Positions 27,549-36,551 of a stretch of 64,000 nucleotides of DNA are shown here, piece by piece (position 1 is the stretch's first letter; every line of letters starts with the position of its first letter). The notes under the pieces are model-generated. The model saw only the letters and a list, made by a program, of their open reading frames with translations, was not told where the DNA came from and ran no database searches. A program made the position numbers and the translations under genes. Location: contig JAQUGQ010000007.1 of assembly GCA_028684095.1 (NCBI GenBank), positions 13,489 through 77,488 of the forward strand, read 5' to 3'. This DNA is from Clostridia bacterium (lineage in GTDB: Bacteria > Bacillota > Clostridia > TANB77 > CAG-465).

Positions 27549-27906
27549 TAATTATTTTAATAATTATATACCAAATAATATGTACTATCGACCATCTCCC
27601 ATTTATCCTCCTATAGAAAAAAAACCAATAAACGACAAAACAGTTAATATCCAAGATACAATCATCAACGATAAATCCAAAGAATGTGCAAGTGAATCTA
27701 ACACATTAAACAAAGACAGATTGTCTTTGTTTGGATTATCCCTTAATATTGATGACATAATAATTATAGGTCTTATAATTTTTCTGTTCATGGAAAACAG
27801 AAGAGATTACTTATTACTTATAATCCTCGGTTTAATGTTTTTCGATATTTCGATAGATACATTTAAAAGTATGAATATTGTAAAGAAGCTATTTAACCCC
27901 GGTTAA
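27538..27906 (+). CDS. hypothetical membrane protein (122 aa)
   Basis: Start moved to ATG 27538 (SD AAAGGGAG). N/Y/P-rich N-terminus, two C-terminal TM helices (IIIIGLIIFLF and LLLIILGLMFF). Confidence 0.55.
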   Translation: MLHNNYFNNYIPNNMYYRPSPIYPPIEKKPINDKTVNIQDTIINDKSKECASESNTLNKDRLSLFGLSLNIDDIIIIGLIIFLFMENRRDYLLLIILGLMFFDISIDTFKSMNIVKKLFNPG

Positions 27907-28041
27907 TCCATATTGATTATAATATTCAATTATCAATTTATCTATCGCTGTACTAGTCTTATATATTTTTTCATATTCTTCATTATTAATTATCTGATTG
28001 TCTAATCTATTTTTTAATTCAACAATCTTTTCTTCAACCAT
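27889..28041 (-). CDS. unlisted Spo0E-like small protein (aspartyl-phosphate phosphatase family candidate)
   Basis: Below ORF-track cutoff. ATG 28041 sits behind GGAAGGGTGATTAG. Translation is MVEEKIVELKNRLDNQIINNEEYEKIYKTSTAIDKLIIEYYNQYGLTGVK. It has the helix-loop-helix layout and a TSTAIDKLIIEY segment like the Spo0E SQELDxLI motif. Confidence 0.5.
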   Translation of the reverse strand: MVEEKIVELKNRLDNQIINNEEYEKIYKTSTAIDKLIIEYYNQYGLTGVK

Positions 28042-28120
28042 CTAATCACCCTTCCTGTAAATATAATACCATTTTATGACATGTATGTCAATATATGTTG
28101 TCATTTTTTCGGTCGCAAGT

Positions 28121-28127
28121 TTCGACA
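28121..28127 (-). promoter_or_regulatory. candidate Spo0A box upstream of Spo0E-like gene
   Basis: TTCGACA on the plus strand (TGTCGAA on the gene strand), 80 nt upstream of the ATG at 28041. Confidence 0.35.
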
Positions 28128-28249
28128 AAAAATGCAAATTTATACCTTTTTACATTAGAATTATATGCAAATAATTAGCTTTATATACTCAAATTAGATA
28201 CAAATTTATAAATAATTATATCTACGGTGTATGAGTTTGAAAAGTTATT

Positions 28250-28603
28250 TTATTGGCTTTTTAAATTGCAAATTATTAATGCTATAAGCACTAAAAAAAT
28301 TGCTATAATTTGATTTAATTTAGGTAATTCCTTAAAGAAAAAATAATCTATTATTACATACGAAAAAACTCCTACAGATAAATATATTATTGTTATTGGT
28401 AGCATTTCTCCAAGCACTTTATATCCTTTATTAAAAGTAAAAGTAACTAATAAATTTAGCAAAAATGTTAGTGGTATAATATATAAATTATATAATACCA
28501 AATTTCTAACTGTTGGTTCAATGTTTTTAGATTGGTAAAAATTTATTGCTCCAAACGCACAATAAGCAAGTATAAAACAAATAGTTATTATTATATATCT
28601 CAT
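28250..28603 (-). CDS. small four-TM membrane protein
   Basis: 117 aa, four hydrophobic helices. No motif recognised. Confidence 0.55.
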   Translation of the reverse strand: MRYIIITICFILAYCAFGAINFYQSKNIEPTVRNLVLYNLYIIPLTFLLNLLVTFTFNKGYKVLGEMLPITIIYLSVGVFSYVIIDYFFFKELPKLNQIIAIFLVLIALIICNLKSQ

Positions 28604-28788
28604 ATTAATTACACCTTTCTTGTTAAAATTTAATATATTAAATTTATATATTATAATAATTTAATTATATACTTTTAAAACTTTTTTGTCAATATACTGT
28701 TGTATATTTTGAAAATTTTAATTATTATCTATAAAGTATAAAAAAAGATGCCCTAAAATAATTTCTAGGACATTTTTTAAAAAATTAA

Positions 28789-30282
28789 TTATTTCGTATT
28801 TAGAACCCTTTGTTCTTGTGTCATTACAGCTAGTGCTCTGACATTATCTATATTTAAACATAATTTATCTGATATTCTAGTTCCTAAATTTACATCAGTC
28901 TTATAGAATAATGCAGTCATTCTATATTGCAATTTTAAATCAGCTAACTTTAAACTGCCACATATATTATTAATAAGTATTTCTTTCTGTTTATCATTCA
29001 TTACTCTTCTATATAATTCACCTGGTTGTTCGAAATCTATATCTGATGATGGATATGTATGTCTCTGTATGAAGCCAGAAACATCAAAATCTGGTGTTCT
29101 ATATTTTTCATCAGTATAAACATCCTCGTAACTATTTGGAAAATAGTTAAGTTTAGTATTACCTTGTGAAGTGTCTGCCATATCACCATCTTTTTGATAT
29201 GTTGTCATAGGACTTTTAGGTTTATTTACAGCAAGTTCGTTTACATTTGCCCCAATTCTATGTCTATGTGCATCTGGATATGCCATAATTCTACCTTGTA
29301 GCAATTTATCAGGTGATGGCCCTATTCCATTTACAAAATGTGATGGAGAGAATGCTACTTGTTCTATATCAGTATAGAAATTCTGTGGATTTCTATTAAG
29401 TACCATTCTTCCAAGTGGAATAAGTGGATAGTCTTTATGATACCATACTTTAGTAGGATCAAAAGGATCAAATCTATATTTTTTTGCTTCTTCAATACTC
29501 ATTATTTGTACATATACTTTCCATGATGGATAGTTACCACATTTTATGTTGTCATATAAGTCACTCATTGAACTATCTGGATTTGTGCCTGATAATTTAG
29601 TAGCTTCTTCATCAGTCCAATTTTCAATACCTTGTTCAGTCTTGAAATGATATTTTACCCAACAATATTTGTTTTTTTCATTATACCACATAAATGTATT
29701 TGTTCCAAATCCGTGCATATGTCTAAATCCTTTAGGTGTTCCTCTATCTGAAAATAGTATTATAACTTGATGCATAGATTCTGGTGTAAGTGAAAAAAAA
29801 TCCCACACCATATTAGGGTTTTTAAGATTGTTTTTTGGATCTCTTTTTTGTGTATGTATAAAATCAGGAAATTTCATAGCATCACGTATAAAGAAAACTG
29901 GTGTATTATTGCCTACTAAATCATAGTTACCATCTTCTGTATAGAATTTAAGTGCAAAACCCCTTGGATCTCTAGCGCTATCTGATGAACCTTTTTCGCC
30001 ACCAACTGTTGAAAATCTAGCTATCATTTCAGTTTTTTTGCCTACATTTGATAAAAATTTTGCACACGTGTATTTACTTAAATCATTTGTAACTTCAAAA
30101 TATCCAAATGCCCCTGATCCTTTTGCATGTACTACTCTTTCTGGTATTCTCTCCCTATTAAAATGTGCTAGTTTATTCATCATATAAGTATCTTCTATTA
30201 CTGTTATACCAGGTATACCTGTAGATAAAGAAAAATTATCGTTTGATATTGCATTTCCTAACTCATCTGTTAATTTTCTCAT
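28789..30282 (-). CDS. katA: monofunctional heme catalase
   Basis: 497 aa. Motifs FNRERIPERVVHAKGSGAFGYFEVT, RFSTVGGEKGS and DPRGFALKF, with a tyrosine-ligand region. Confidence 0.95.
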   Translation of the reverse strand: MRKLTDELGNAISNDNFSLSTGIPGITVIEDTYMMNKLAHFNRERIPERVVHAKGSGAFGYFEVTNDLSKYTCAKFLSNVGKKTEMIARFSTVGGEKGSSDSARDPRGFALKFYTEDGNYDLVGNNTPVFFIRDAMKFPDFIHTQKRDPKNNLKNPNMVWDFFSLTPESMHQVIILFSDRGTPKGFRHMHGFGTNTFMWYNEKNKYCWVKYHFKTEQGIENWTDEEATKLSGTNPDSSMSDLYDNIKCGNYPSWKVYVQIMSIEEAKKYRFDPFDPTKVWYHKDYPLIPLGRMVLNRNPQNFYTDIEQVAFSPSHFVNGIGPSPDKLLQGRIMAYPDAHRHRIGANVNELAVNKPKSPMTTYQKDGDMADTSQGNTKLNYFPNSYEDVYTDEKYRTPDFDVSGFIQRHTYPSSDIDFEQPGELYRRVMNDKQKEILINNICGSLKLADLKLQYRMTALFYKTDVNLGTRISDKLCLNIDNVRALAVMTQEQRVLNTK

Positions 30283-30360
30283 AAAATAAAATCACCCATT
30301 ACATTTTATTATGAAATAGGTGATTTTATTACTTATATGTTTTCTAAATTTAAATTTAGA

Positions 30361-31656
30361 TTATTTCACTATTGATATAACTGCTTTTGTGTAATCTAAT
30401 ATATTTAAAAAATCTTTTATATCTTTTATGGCTATATTGTTTAATATTTCTATATCATAATACAATTGACTTTCGTGTAATATACTGTCTATAATTCTTC
30501 TGTAAGAATTATTTAGATTTTCAGACTCTACAATGTTTTCACCAATTTTTCTTCTTTTAGTGTTTTTAAATAAATTTGCATCTATTTCTTTATTTTTAAT
30601 CTCATCTATATAGTTAAATATATCATTTTGTATCATATCTGGCTTTGGTGATGTTGTAGAAATTATGATATGTGAAAAATCATTAGTTCCTTCGTATATA
30701 AAATCAATATCATCACTAACTGCACCTTTATTATATTCTATCTCATAAAATTTTGAACTCTTTGAAAAATACATTTCTGAAATTATGTCTGATATAACTT
30801 CTCTTTTGATTATTTCATCTTTTTCAATAGGTAATAGTTTATATCCGATAGAAATCTGTGGCATATATAAGCCCATATCTTTTTCTATTTTTTTCTGTAA
30901 TATATTATTTGGTTCATTTACCCTAAATTTAATTACTTTATCACTCTTTATATTTTTTTTATATAATTTAAATTTATCTTCTATTATGCTTATTGTATCA
31001 CTTACATCTACATCACCTATAACAACAATAAACATGTTATTAGAATTATAAAAGGTATTGTAACAAGTATATAAAATATCCTTATCTATTTTTGAAATAC
31101 TATCTATTGTGCCAGCTATATCAATTCTAATTGGATGATTAATATACATAGCTCTAAGTGTATTAAAATATACATTGAAATTAGGATCATTCTCGTACAT
31201 TGATATTTCTTGACCTATAATACCTTGTTCCTTTTTTACATTTTCAACTGTAAAATATGGGGTTTTTACTAATTCTATTAGCATTTCCAAACCTTTTCTA
31301 AATTTATTAATTGTCTCAAAAAAATATACAGTATGATCAAAAGAAGTATATGCATTCGCAGATATTCCTTCTTTAGAAAATAAATCTAATGAATTGTCTC
31401 CTTCTTTTTCAAACAATTTATGCTCTAAAAAATGTGATATTCCATCTGGCATATCAACTCTTTTTCCACTTGATATATCAATAAAATCATTGTTGATTGA
31501 TCCATATTTAGTACCAAACATTCCTATTTTTTTAGTGAATCCAGCTTTAATACAAATATATACTTCTAATCCATTTGAAAGTACTGTTTTATAGATAGTT
31601 TCACTTAATGTTTCATTTTTTATAACTTCTATTTTATTTTTCACTATCTTCACCAC
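30361..31656 (-). CDS. M16-family zinc peptidase (active subunit)
   Basis: 431 aa. Inverted zinc motif GISHFLEHKLFE (HxxEH). Confidence 0.8.
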   Translation of the reverse strand: MVKIVKNKIEVIKNETLSETIYKTVLSNGLEVYICIKAGFTKKIGMFGTKYGSINNDFIDISSGKRVDMPDGISHFLEHKLFEKEGDNSLDLFSKEGISANAYTSFDHTVYFFETINKFRKGLEMLIELVKTPYFTVENVKKEQGIIGQEISMYENDPNFNVYFNTLRAMYINHPIRIDIAGTIDSISKIDKDILYTCYNTFYNSNNMFIVVIGDVDVSDTISIIEDKFKLYKKNIKSDKVIKFRVNEPNNILQKKIEKDMGLYMPQISIGYKLLPIEKDEIIKREVISDIISEMYFSKSSKFYEIEYNKGAVSDDIDFIYEGTNDFSHIIISTTSPKPDMIQNDIFNYIDEIKNKEIDANLFKNTKRRKIGENIVESENLNNSYRRIIDSILHESQLYYDIEILNNIAIKDIKDFLNILDYTKAVISIVK

Positions 31657-32896
31657 CTAGCAAATATATTAACTCAATTCTAATTTTTTTTGCTACTTTA
31701 GCAACATCTTCTAATTGAACTTTTTTCATATTATCAATTAGCTCTTCTATTGTTAAACTCTTACCACTTATTGCATTTGTATATGCAAGTTTAGCAAGAG
31801 AAATTTTTGAATCATTCCATTCTAATAAATCACTTATTAATGACTCTTTTGAAGAATTCAGTTCTGATTCAGATATATTACCATTTTTCATTTCATCTAT
31901 CTGTTTTAGTATTACTATTTTAGCTTTTTCGTAGTTAATTTCTTCTATTCCTGCATATATGATAAAAACCCCTTTAAATCTATAGTATCTTGACCTTGCC
32001 GTGTAAGCTAGAGATTCTTTTTCTCTGACATTTTGAAATAATTTTGAACTAGGTGTTCCGCCTAAAATACTATTGTACACATTAAGTGCATAAAAATCGT
32101 TATCCTCTAAATTTTCTACTCTCATACCTATTGTTATTACGGCTTGGTTAGTTTGTATTTTTTCTTTTACTTCTTTTATTTTTGTTGTAAAATCTATATT
32201 TTTATGAGAAATATTGATTAATTCTTCATTAAATATTGCTTTATCTAACTCATTTTTAAAAACATTATCTATATATTGCTCTATATCATCATATCCATTT
32301 AAATTTCCAGATATTACAATTGAGACAAAACTTTTTTCTAATAGATTTGCATACTGTATATATATATCTTCTAATTTAACATTTTCAGCATCATTTACTT
32401 CTCCATATATATATGTTCCAAAGGGCTCTTGATTACATAGCAACTCTTCTGTTTTAAGTACTGCATATTTTAATTTTTCATCTTTTCTCTTATTTATTTT
32501 ATCTAAAACTAATTTTTTCTCTCTTTCAAATATCACACTATCAAATTCATTATTTTCTATTTTAGGATTATATATTATTTCATATAAAAAATCTATTGCT
32601 GGTTTAAGTACATCCTCTTTGTTTGGCAAAAATTCTTTATTAACACATTCTAATCTAAATTCTATATTATATAAGTCTCCTATTTTCTCCATATTAATAT
32701 CAAAATTTATTCCATATAAACTAGATAAATATTCTTCGATTTCTTTACTTGTCTTGTATTTATTACAACCTTTAGAAAGTACCAAACTTGTTATTACATT
32801 TTTAGGTACTTCTTCTTTTTTAGTTTCAAAAGTAAAATTATATGATATATATATACTTTTAAATTTATTGTCGTTTACCTTATATATATTTTTCAT
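31634..32896 (-). CDS. M16-family peptidase-like protein (no HxxEH, probably non-catalytic partner)
   Basis: 420 aa with an M16-like length and layout. 23-nt overlap with the downstream M16 gene. No HxxEH motif is present in the translation. Confidence 0.65.
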   Translation of the reverse strand: MKNIYKVNDNKFKSIYISYNFTFETKKEEVPKNVITSLVLSKGCNKYKTSKEIEEYLSSLYGINFDINMEKIGDLYNIEFRLECVNKEFLPNKEDVLKPAIDFLYEIIYNPKIENNEFDSVIFEREKKLVLDKINKRKDEKLKYAVLKTEELLCNQEPFGTYIYGEVNDAENVKLEDIYIQYANLLEKSFVSIVISGNLNGYDDIEQYIDNVFKNELDKAIFNEELINISHKNIDFTTKIKEVKEKIQTNQAVITIGMRVENLEDNDFYALNVYNSILGGTPSSKLFQNVREKESLAYTARSRYYRFKGVFIIYAGIEEINYEKAKIVILKQIDEMKNGNISESELNSSKESLISDLLEWNDSKISLAKLAYTNAISGKSLTIEELIDNMKKVQLEDVAKVAKKIRIELIYLLGGEDSEK

Positions 32897-32907
32897 TAAA
32901 ATCTCCT

Positions 32908-33345
32908 TTACATTAATAATTTTTTAACTAACTCACTAACTAATTTTCCATCTGCTTTTCCACTTGTTTTAACTCTTAAATCCTGCATTACTTTACCCAT
33001 ATCTTTAGATGATACTGCACCTGTTAATTTAATTGATTCTTTTACCATTTCTCTTACTTGTTCTTCATTTAACTGTTCAGGTAAATATTTAGCTAAAACT
33101 TCAATCTCTTTATTTAAAGATTCTACTAAATCTAATCTATCTGCTTTCTCAAATTCAATTATAGCTTCTTTTCTTTTTTTTACTTCTTTTGATGCAACAA
33201 CTTTCATTTCTGCATCAGTTAATACTTTTTTATCATCTTTTTCTATTTGTAATATTGCAGCTCTAAGTAATGTAATAGTATTTTTTCTAAGTTCTTCTTT
33301 ATTTCTCATAGCTTCTTTTAGTTCATTCATCAACATTTTTTTCAT
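32908..33345 (-). CDS. yqeY: GatB/YqeY-domain protein
   Basis: 145 aa. LKEAMRNKEELRKNTITLLRAAI start and C-terminal DMGKVMQDLRVKTSGKADGKLVSELVKKLL. Confidence 0.8.
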   Translation of the reverse strand: MKKMLMNELKEAMRNKEELRKNTITLLRAAILQIEKDDKKVLTDAEMKVVASKEVKKRKEAIIEFEKADRLDLVESLNKEIEVLAKYLPEQLNEEQVREMVKESIKLTGAVSSKDMGKVMQDLRVKTSGKADGKLVSELVKKLLM

Positions 33346-33386
33346 TTAAATACATCCTTCCTTTTTATATTATATCTTTTTTTTAA

Positions 33387-34476
33387 CTATTTATCCTTTT
33401 TATTATCTATATTATTGTCTAATTGTTTAACATTATTATGTTTCATTGTTGTTACAAACCCTAGTATAACAAATGTTATAGTTGCACATATAAGTAAAAT
33501 AAGTTTGTACATATCAGCTGAGATTATAGTAACGGCAGCAATACATAGTATGCTAGTTATTATATATAATGTAAGTACAGCTTGTCTTTGATTAAATCCT
33601 CTTTTAAGTAGTCTATGATGTACATGACCACCGATCTGGACTAAGCATTGGTTTACCAGCTAAAAATCTTCTTGTCATAGCAAACAGTGTATCAAATATT
33701 GGTACACCAAGTGTAAGTATTGGAGCTATTATAGCTATTAATGTATATCCTTTTGCAAATCCTAATATTGATACAGTAGCTAATGTAAAACCTAAAAAAT
33801 TAGATCCAACATCACCCATAAATGTTTTTGCCGGATTAAAATTATATGGCAAGAAACCTAAAGTAGCTCCAACTAATACAGCAGTTATAACAATTGCTTC
33901 TAAACTAGCTGAAGTTGTTATAAATATAGTAAGTAATGCAGTTGCAGAAATTGCAGATATACCAGCTGCTAGACCATCTAATCCATCTATTAAATTAACT
34001 GCATTAGTTATTCCAATAACCCAAATTAGTGTTATTGGAAATGATAAAAATCCAAAATCTATTAAATCAGTATATATAAAAGGTATCTTAATTCCTTCTA
34101 TAGATATCCCAAAAAAATATATTATTGATGCTGCTAATACTTGAAATATGAATTTATGCCTTGCTCTTAAGTTATATATATCATCAATTAAACCCATTGA
34201 TGATATAAGTATTGCGCCTATTATATATCCCACAAACTTATTGTCTAGCATAATGGATGGTATACTCATAGTTATTAAATAATATATCGCCAAACCTATA
34301 AACATTGATATAACTATAGCTAGTCCACCAATTCTAGGCATTGGCTTCACATGTACTCTTCTATTATCCTTTGGAATATCAACAAATCCAAATTTATTAG
34401 CAAATTTTATAGTTAAAGGTGTAATTATTATGGACAATAGAAATGTTATTACTATTATAAAATATACTATTCCCAT
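33387..34476 (-). pseudogene. tagO: TagO/WecA-type undecaprenyl-phosphate GlcNAc-1-P transferase (MraY family) interrupted by a 1-nt frameshift
   Basis: The ORF-track product ends ...PIFDTLFAMTRRFLAGKPMLSPDRWSCTS*. Shifting one base at about 33630 gives GHVHHRLLKRGFNQRQAVLTLYII...NNIDNKKDK* ending at 33387. This restores the conserved PD(R/K)xH(L/V)HHRL motif and the C-terminal TMs. Confidence 0.85.
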
Positions 34477-34937
34477 AATTTTTTACCAAAGACATCTTCC
34501 ATATCTCTAATTTTATTTACTCTTCTTAAATGTCTTTCACCTTCAAATGGTGTATTTATATACACATTAATAATATTTAAAACATCTTCTTTATTTTTAG
34601 AATATTCTAATCTTCCACCAAGACATAAAACATTAGAATTATTATCTCTTTTTACCATTCTAGCTGTATACTCATCAAAACATGGTGTTGCAATTATTCT
34701 TTTTATCTTGTTACAAGCTACAGAGATACCTATACCAGTACCACATATAGCAATACCCAAATTACCTTCGTTTTTTAAAACATTTTTACATACTTCTATC
34801 GCCACGTCTGTATAATCATCATTTAAATTTTTATCATAATCTGTAACATCACTGTATTTAATGTTCTTTTCTTTAAAGTACTCTATTATTATATTTTTTA
34901 ACTCAAATCCCGCATGATCTGCACCAATTATAATCAT
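34467..34937 (-). CDS. rpiB: ribose-5-phosphate isomerase B
   Basis: 156 aa. MIIIGADHAGFELK and GIAICGTGIGISVACNK. Confidence 0.9.
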   Translation of the reverse strand: MIIIGADHAGFELKNIIIEYFKEKNIKYSDVTDYDKNLNDDYTDVAIEVCKNVLKNEGNLGIAICGTGIGISVACNKIKRIIATPCFDEYTARMVKRDNNSNVLCLGGRLEYSKNKEDVLNIINVYINTPFEGERHLRRVNKIRDMEDVFGKKLWE

Positions 34938-34941
34938 ATCT

Positions 34942-35406
34942 TCACTTCCTTAATAACATTTCTAATAATTTATTGATATTTTCTACTATATTTTTTGCTG
35001 TTGCTTTATATACATTAATATCTAATCCCCAAGGATCATCTATATCTTTATATTTTTCTTTATTATTTACATACTCTTTTAAAGTAAATATATTGTCATT
35101 AAGAGAAGGATAAACTTGAAGAATTTGCCTCTTGTGATTGTCTGTTAATACAAGTATTAAATCATAATCTAGTATATTAGAATATTCTAGACTTGTTGCT
35201 CTATGTCTTGTTAAATCTATATCATATTTTTTCATAACTTCTATTGCATTATCTGTAGCACATTGACCTTGAATAGCATTTGTGCCACAAGATGATATCA
35301 TATATTCATTCTCTTTTTTTAAATCGTATAACTTCTTTTGCATATATGCATGTGCCATTGGACTTCTACATATATTCCCTGTACATATAAACATAATGCT
35401 TTTCAA
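34942..35406 (-). CDS. ywlE: low-molecular-weight protein phosphatase (YwlE-like)
   Basis: FICTGNICRSPMA is the CX5R P-loop, plus DDPWG. Start is probably TTG 35406, 5 nt after GAGGAGTG. ATG 35424 is an alternative. ywlE-rpiB synteny as in Bacillus. Confidence 0.8.
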   Translation of the reverse strand: MKSIMFICTGNICRSPMAHAYMQKKLYDLKKENEYMISSCGTNAIQGQCATDNAIEVMKKYDIDLTRHRATSLEYSNILDYDLILVLTDNHKRQILQVYPSLNDNIFTLKEYVNNKEKYKDIDDPWGLDINVYKATAKNIVENINKLLEMLLRK

Positions 35407-35552
35407 AATATCACTCCTCATCATTTTATATATTATACCAATATAACTATTAATTATCAATAGTTATATTGAAAATATAAGACCTTTTAAAGAATTACTT
35501 AAGTAATATAAAAAATAGTGTCGCAATTTGCAACACTATTTTCATAATTTAG

Positions 35553-35780
35553 TTATTTTTCAAGTTCTTGTTGAAATAATTTATCAAAAACTCCCCCATC
35601 ATATTTGTTTTCTTTCTTTTTATTTTTATTGACTGATGTTGTTGTTTTACAATTATTATTGATAAAATCAATTTTATGTACAATAATTTTGCCATAATTT
35701 AAATCTATCATTAGATACTCCTCCTTATAAAATGTGTTTATAAATATTATACCACATATGTCAATATATACGAAAATCAT
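35553..35780 (-). CDS. small hypothetical protein, TAATG-coupled to the ZIP transporter gene
   Basis: 75 aa. Its ATG shares a base with the transporter TAA at 35780. No motif recognised. Confidence 0.4.
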   Translation of the reverse strand: MIFVYIDICGIIFINTFYKEEYLMIDLNYGKIIVHKIDFINNNCKTTTSVNKNKKKENKYDGGVFDKLFQQELEK

Positions 35781-36511
35781 TATATATTTATTATAAATAA
35801 ACCTAATAATAGCCCGATAATATATATTAAAGATACTATTTTTTTCTTAGATATTTCTTTAGAACTTGGTATCAAATCACATGCAACTATATACAACATA
35901 CAACCTCCAGATAATGATAAACTTAGTGCTATATATGTATCAGAAATGGTTCCTAATATAATTCCAAAAATTGCCCCAATTGCAGTAGGCATACCTAATA
36001 ATACAGCTTTAATTAATTTTTTCAACATATTAGTATTTTCTTTATTTAATCCGATACCTACAACTATTGTCTCTGGTAGATCATGCACTAAATTTAAAAT
36101 TAGAATTGATATTCCTAGTGAAAGTGAAAAAACAAAAGAAGATCCTATTGCTATTCCTTCAACTATATTATGAATAGACATTGATATTATTATAATTAAA
36201 GCTGATGTATTAATCGAATTATATTTTATTTTCTTACACCTATTCACAAATATATCTAATATAAGTGTAAGTATTACTCCTGATATACATCCAAACAATG
36301 TTAAATATATATTGGATATTTCTATACTTTCTGGTAACATTTCAAAACACACTATTCCAGTCATCATTCCAGCTGATATTTCATATAAACCTGCTACAAT
36401 ATTACTTCTTTTAGAATTTATACCATTACCTATTAATACTCCAACTATACTAGTTATTATACCCATTACAAAAACTATAAAAAAAACGTTAAGCCACATA
36501 AAAAAAGCCAC
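35780..36511 (-). CDS. ZIP-family divalent metal (zinc) transporter
   Basis: 243 aa, about 8 TM. Motifs HNIVEGIAIGSSF and HDLPETIVVG. Confidence 0.8.
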   Translation of the reverse strand: MAFFMWLNVFFIVFVMGIITSIVGVLIGNGINSKRSNIVAGLYEISAGMMTGIVCFEMLPESIEISNIYLTLFGCISGVILTLILDIFVNRCKKIKYNSINTSALIIIISMSIHNIVEGIAIGSSFVFSLSLGISILILNLVHDLPETIVVGIGLNKENTNMLKKLIKAVLLGMPTAIGAIFGIILGTISDTYIALSLSLSGGCMLYIVACDLIPSSKEISKKKIVSLIYIIGLLLGLFIINI

Positions 36512-36551
36512 CTCATAAATAATATATTCATGAGATGAGTTTTTATTTATA

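Noticed and set aside
20447-27906. Considered whether the VirB4/Tad-like region is an integrated conjugative element or prophage remnant
   Set aside because: I found no integrase, recombinase, relaxase, coupling protein, replication or phage genes. It has no flanking direct repeats or tRNA junction that I could find. No compositional break is visible. It is flanked by core sporulation genes. I kept it as a chromosomal system of unknown function instead.
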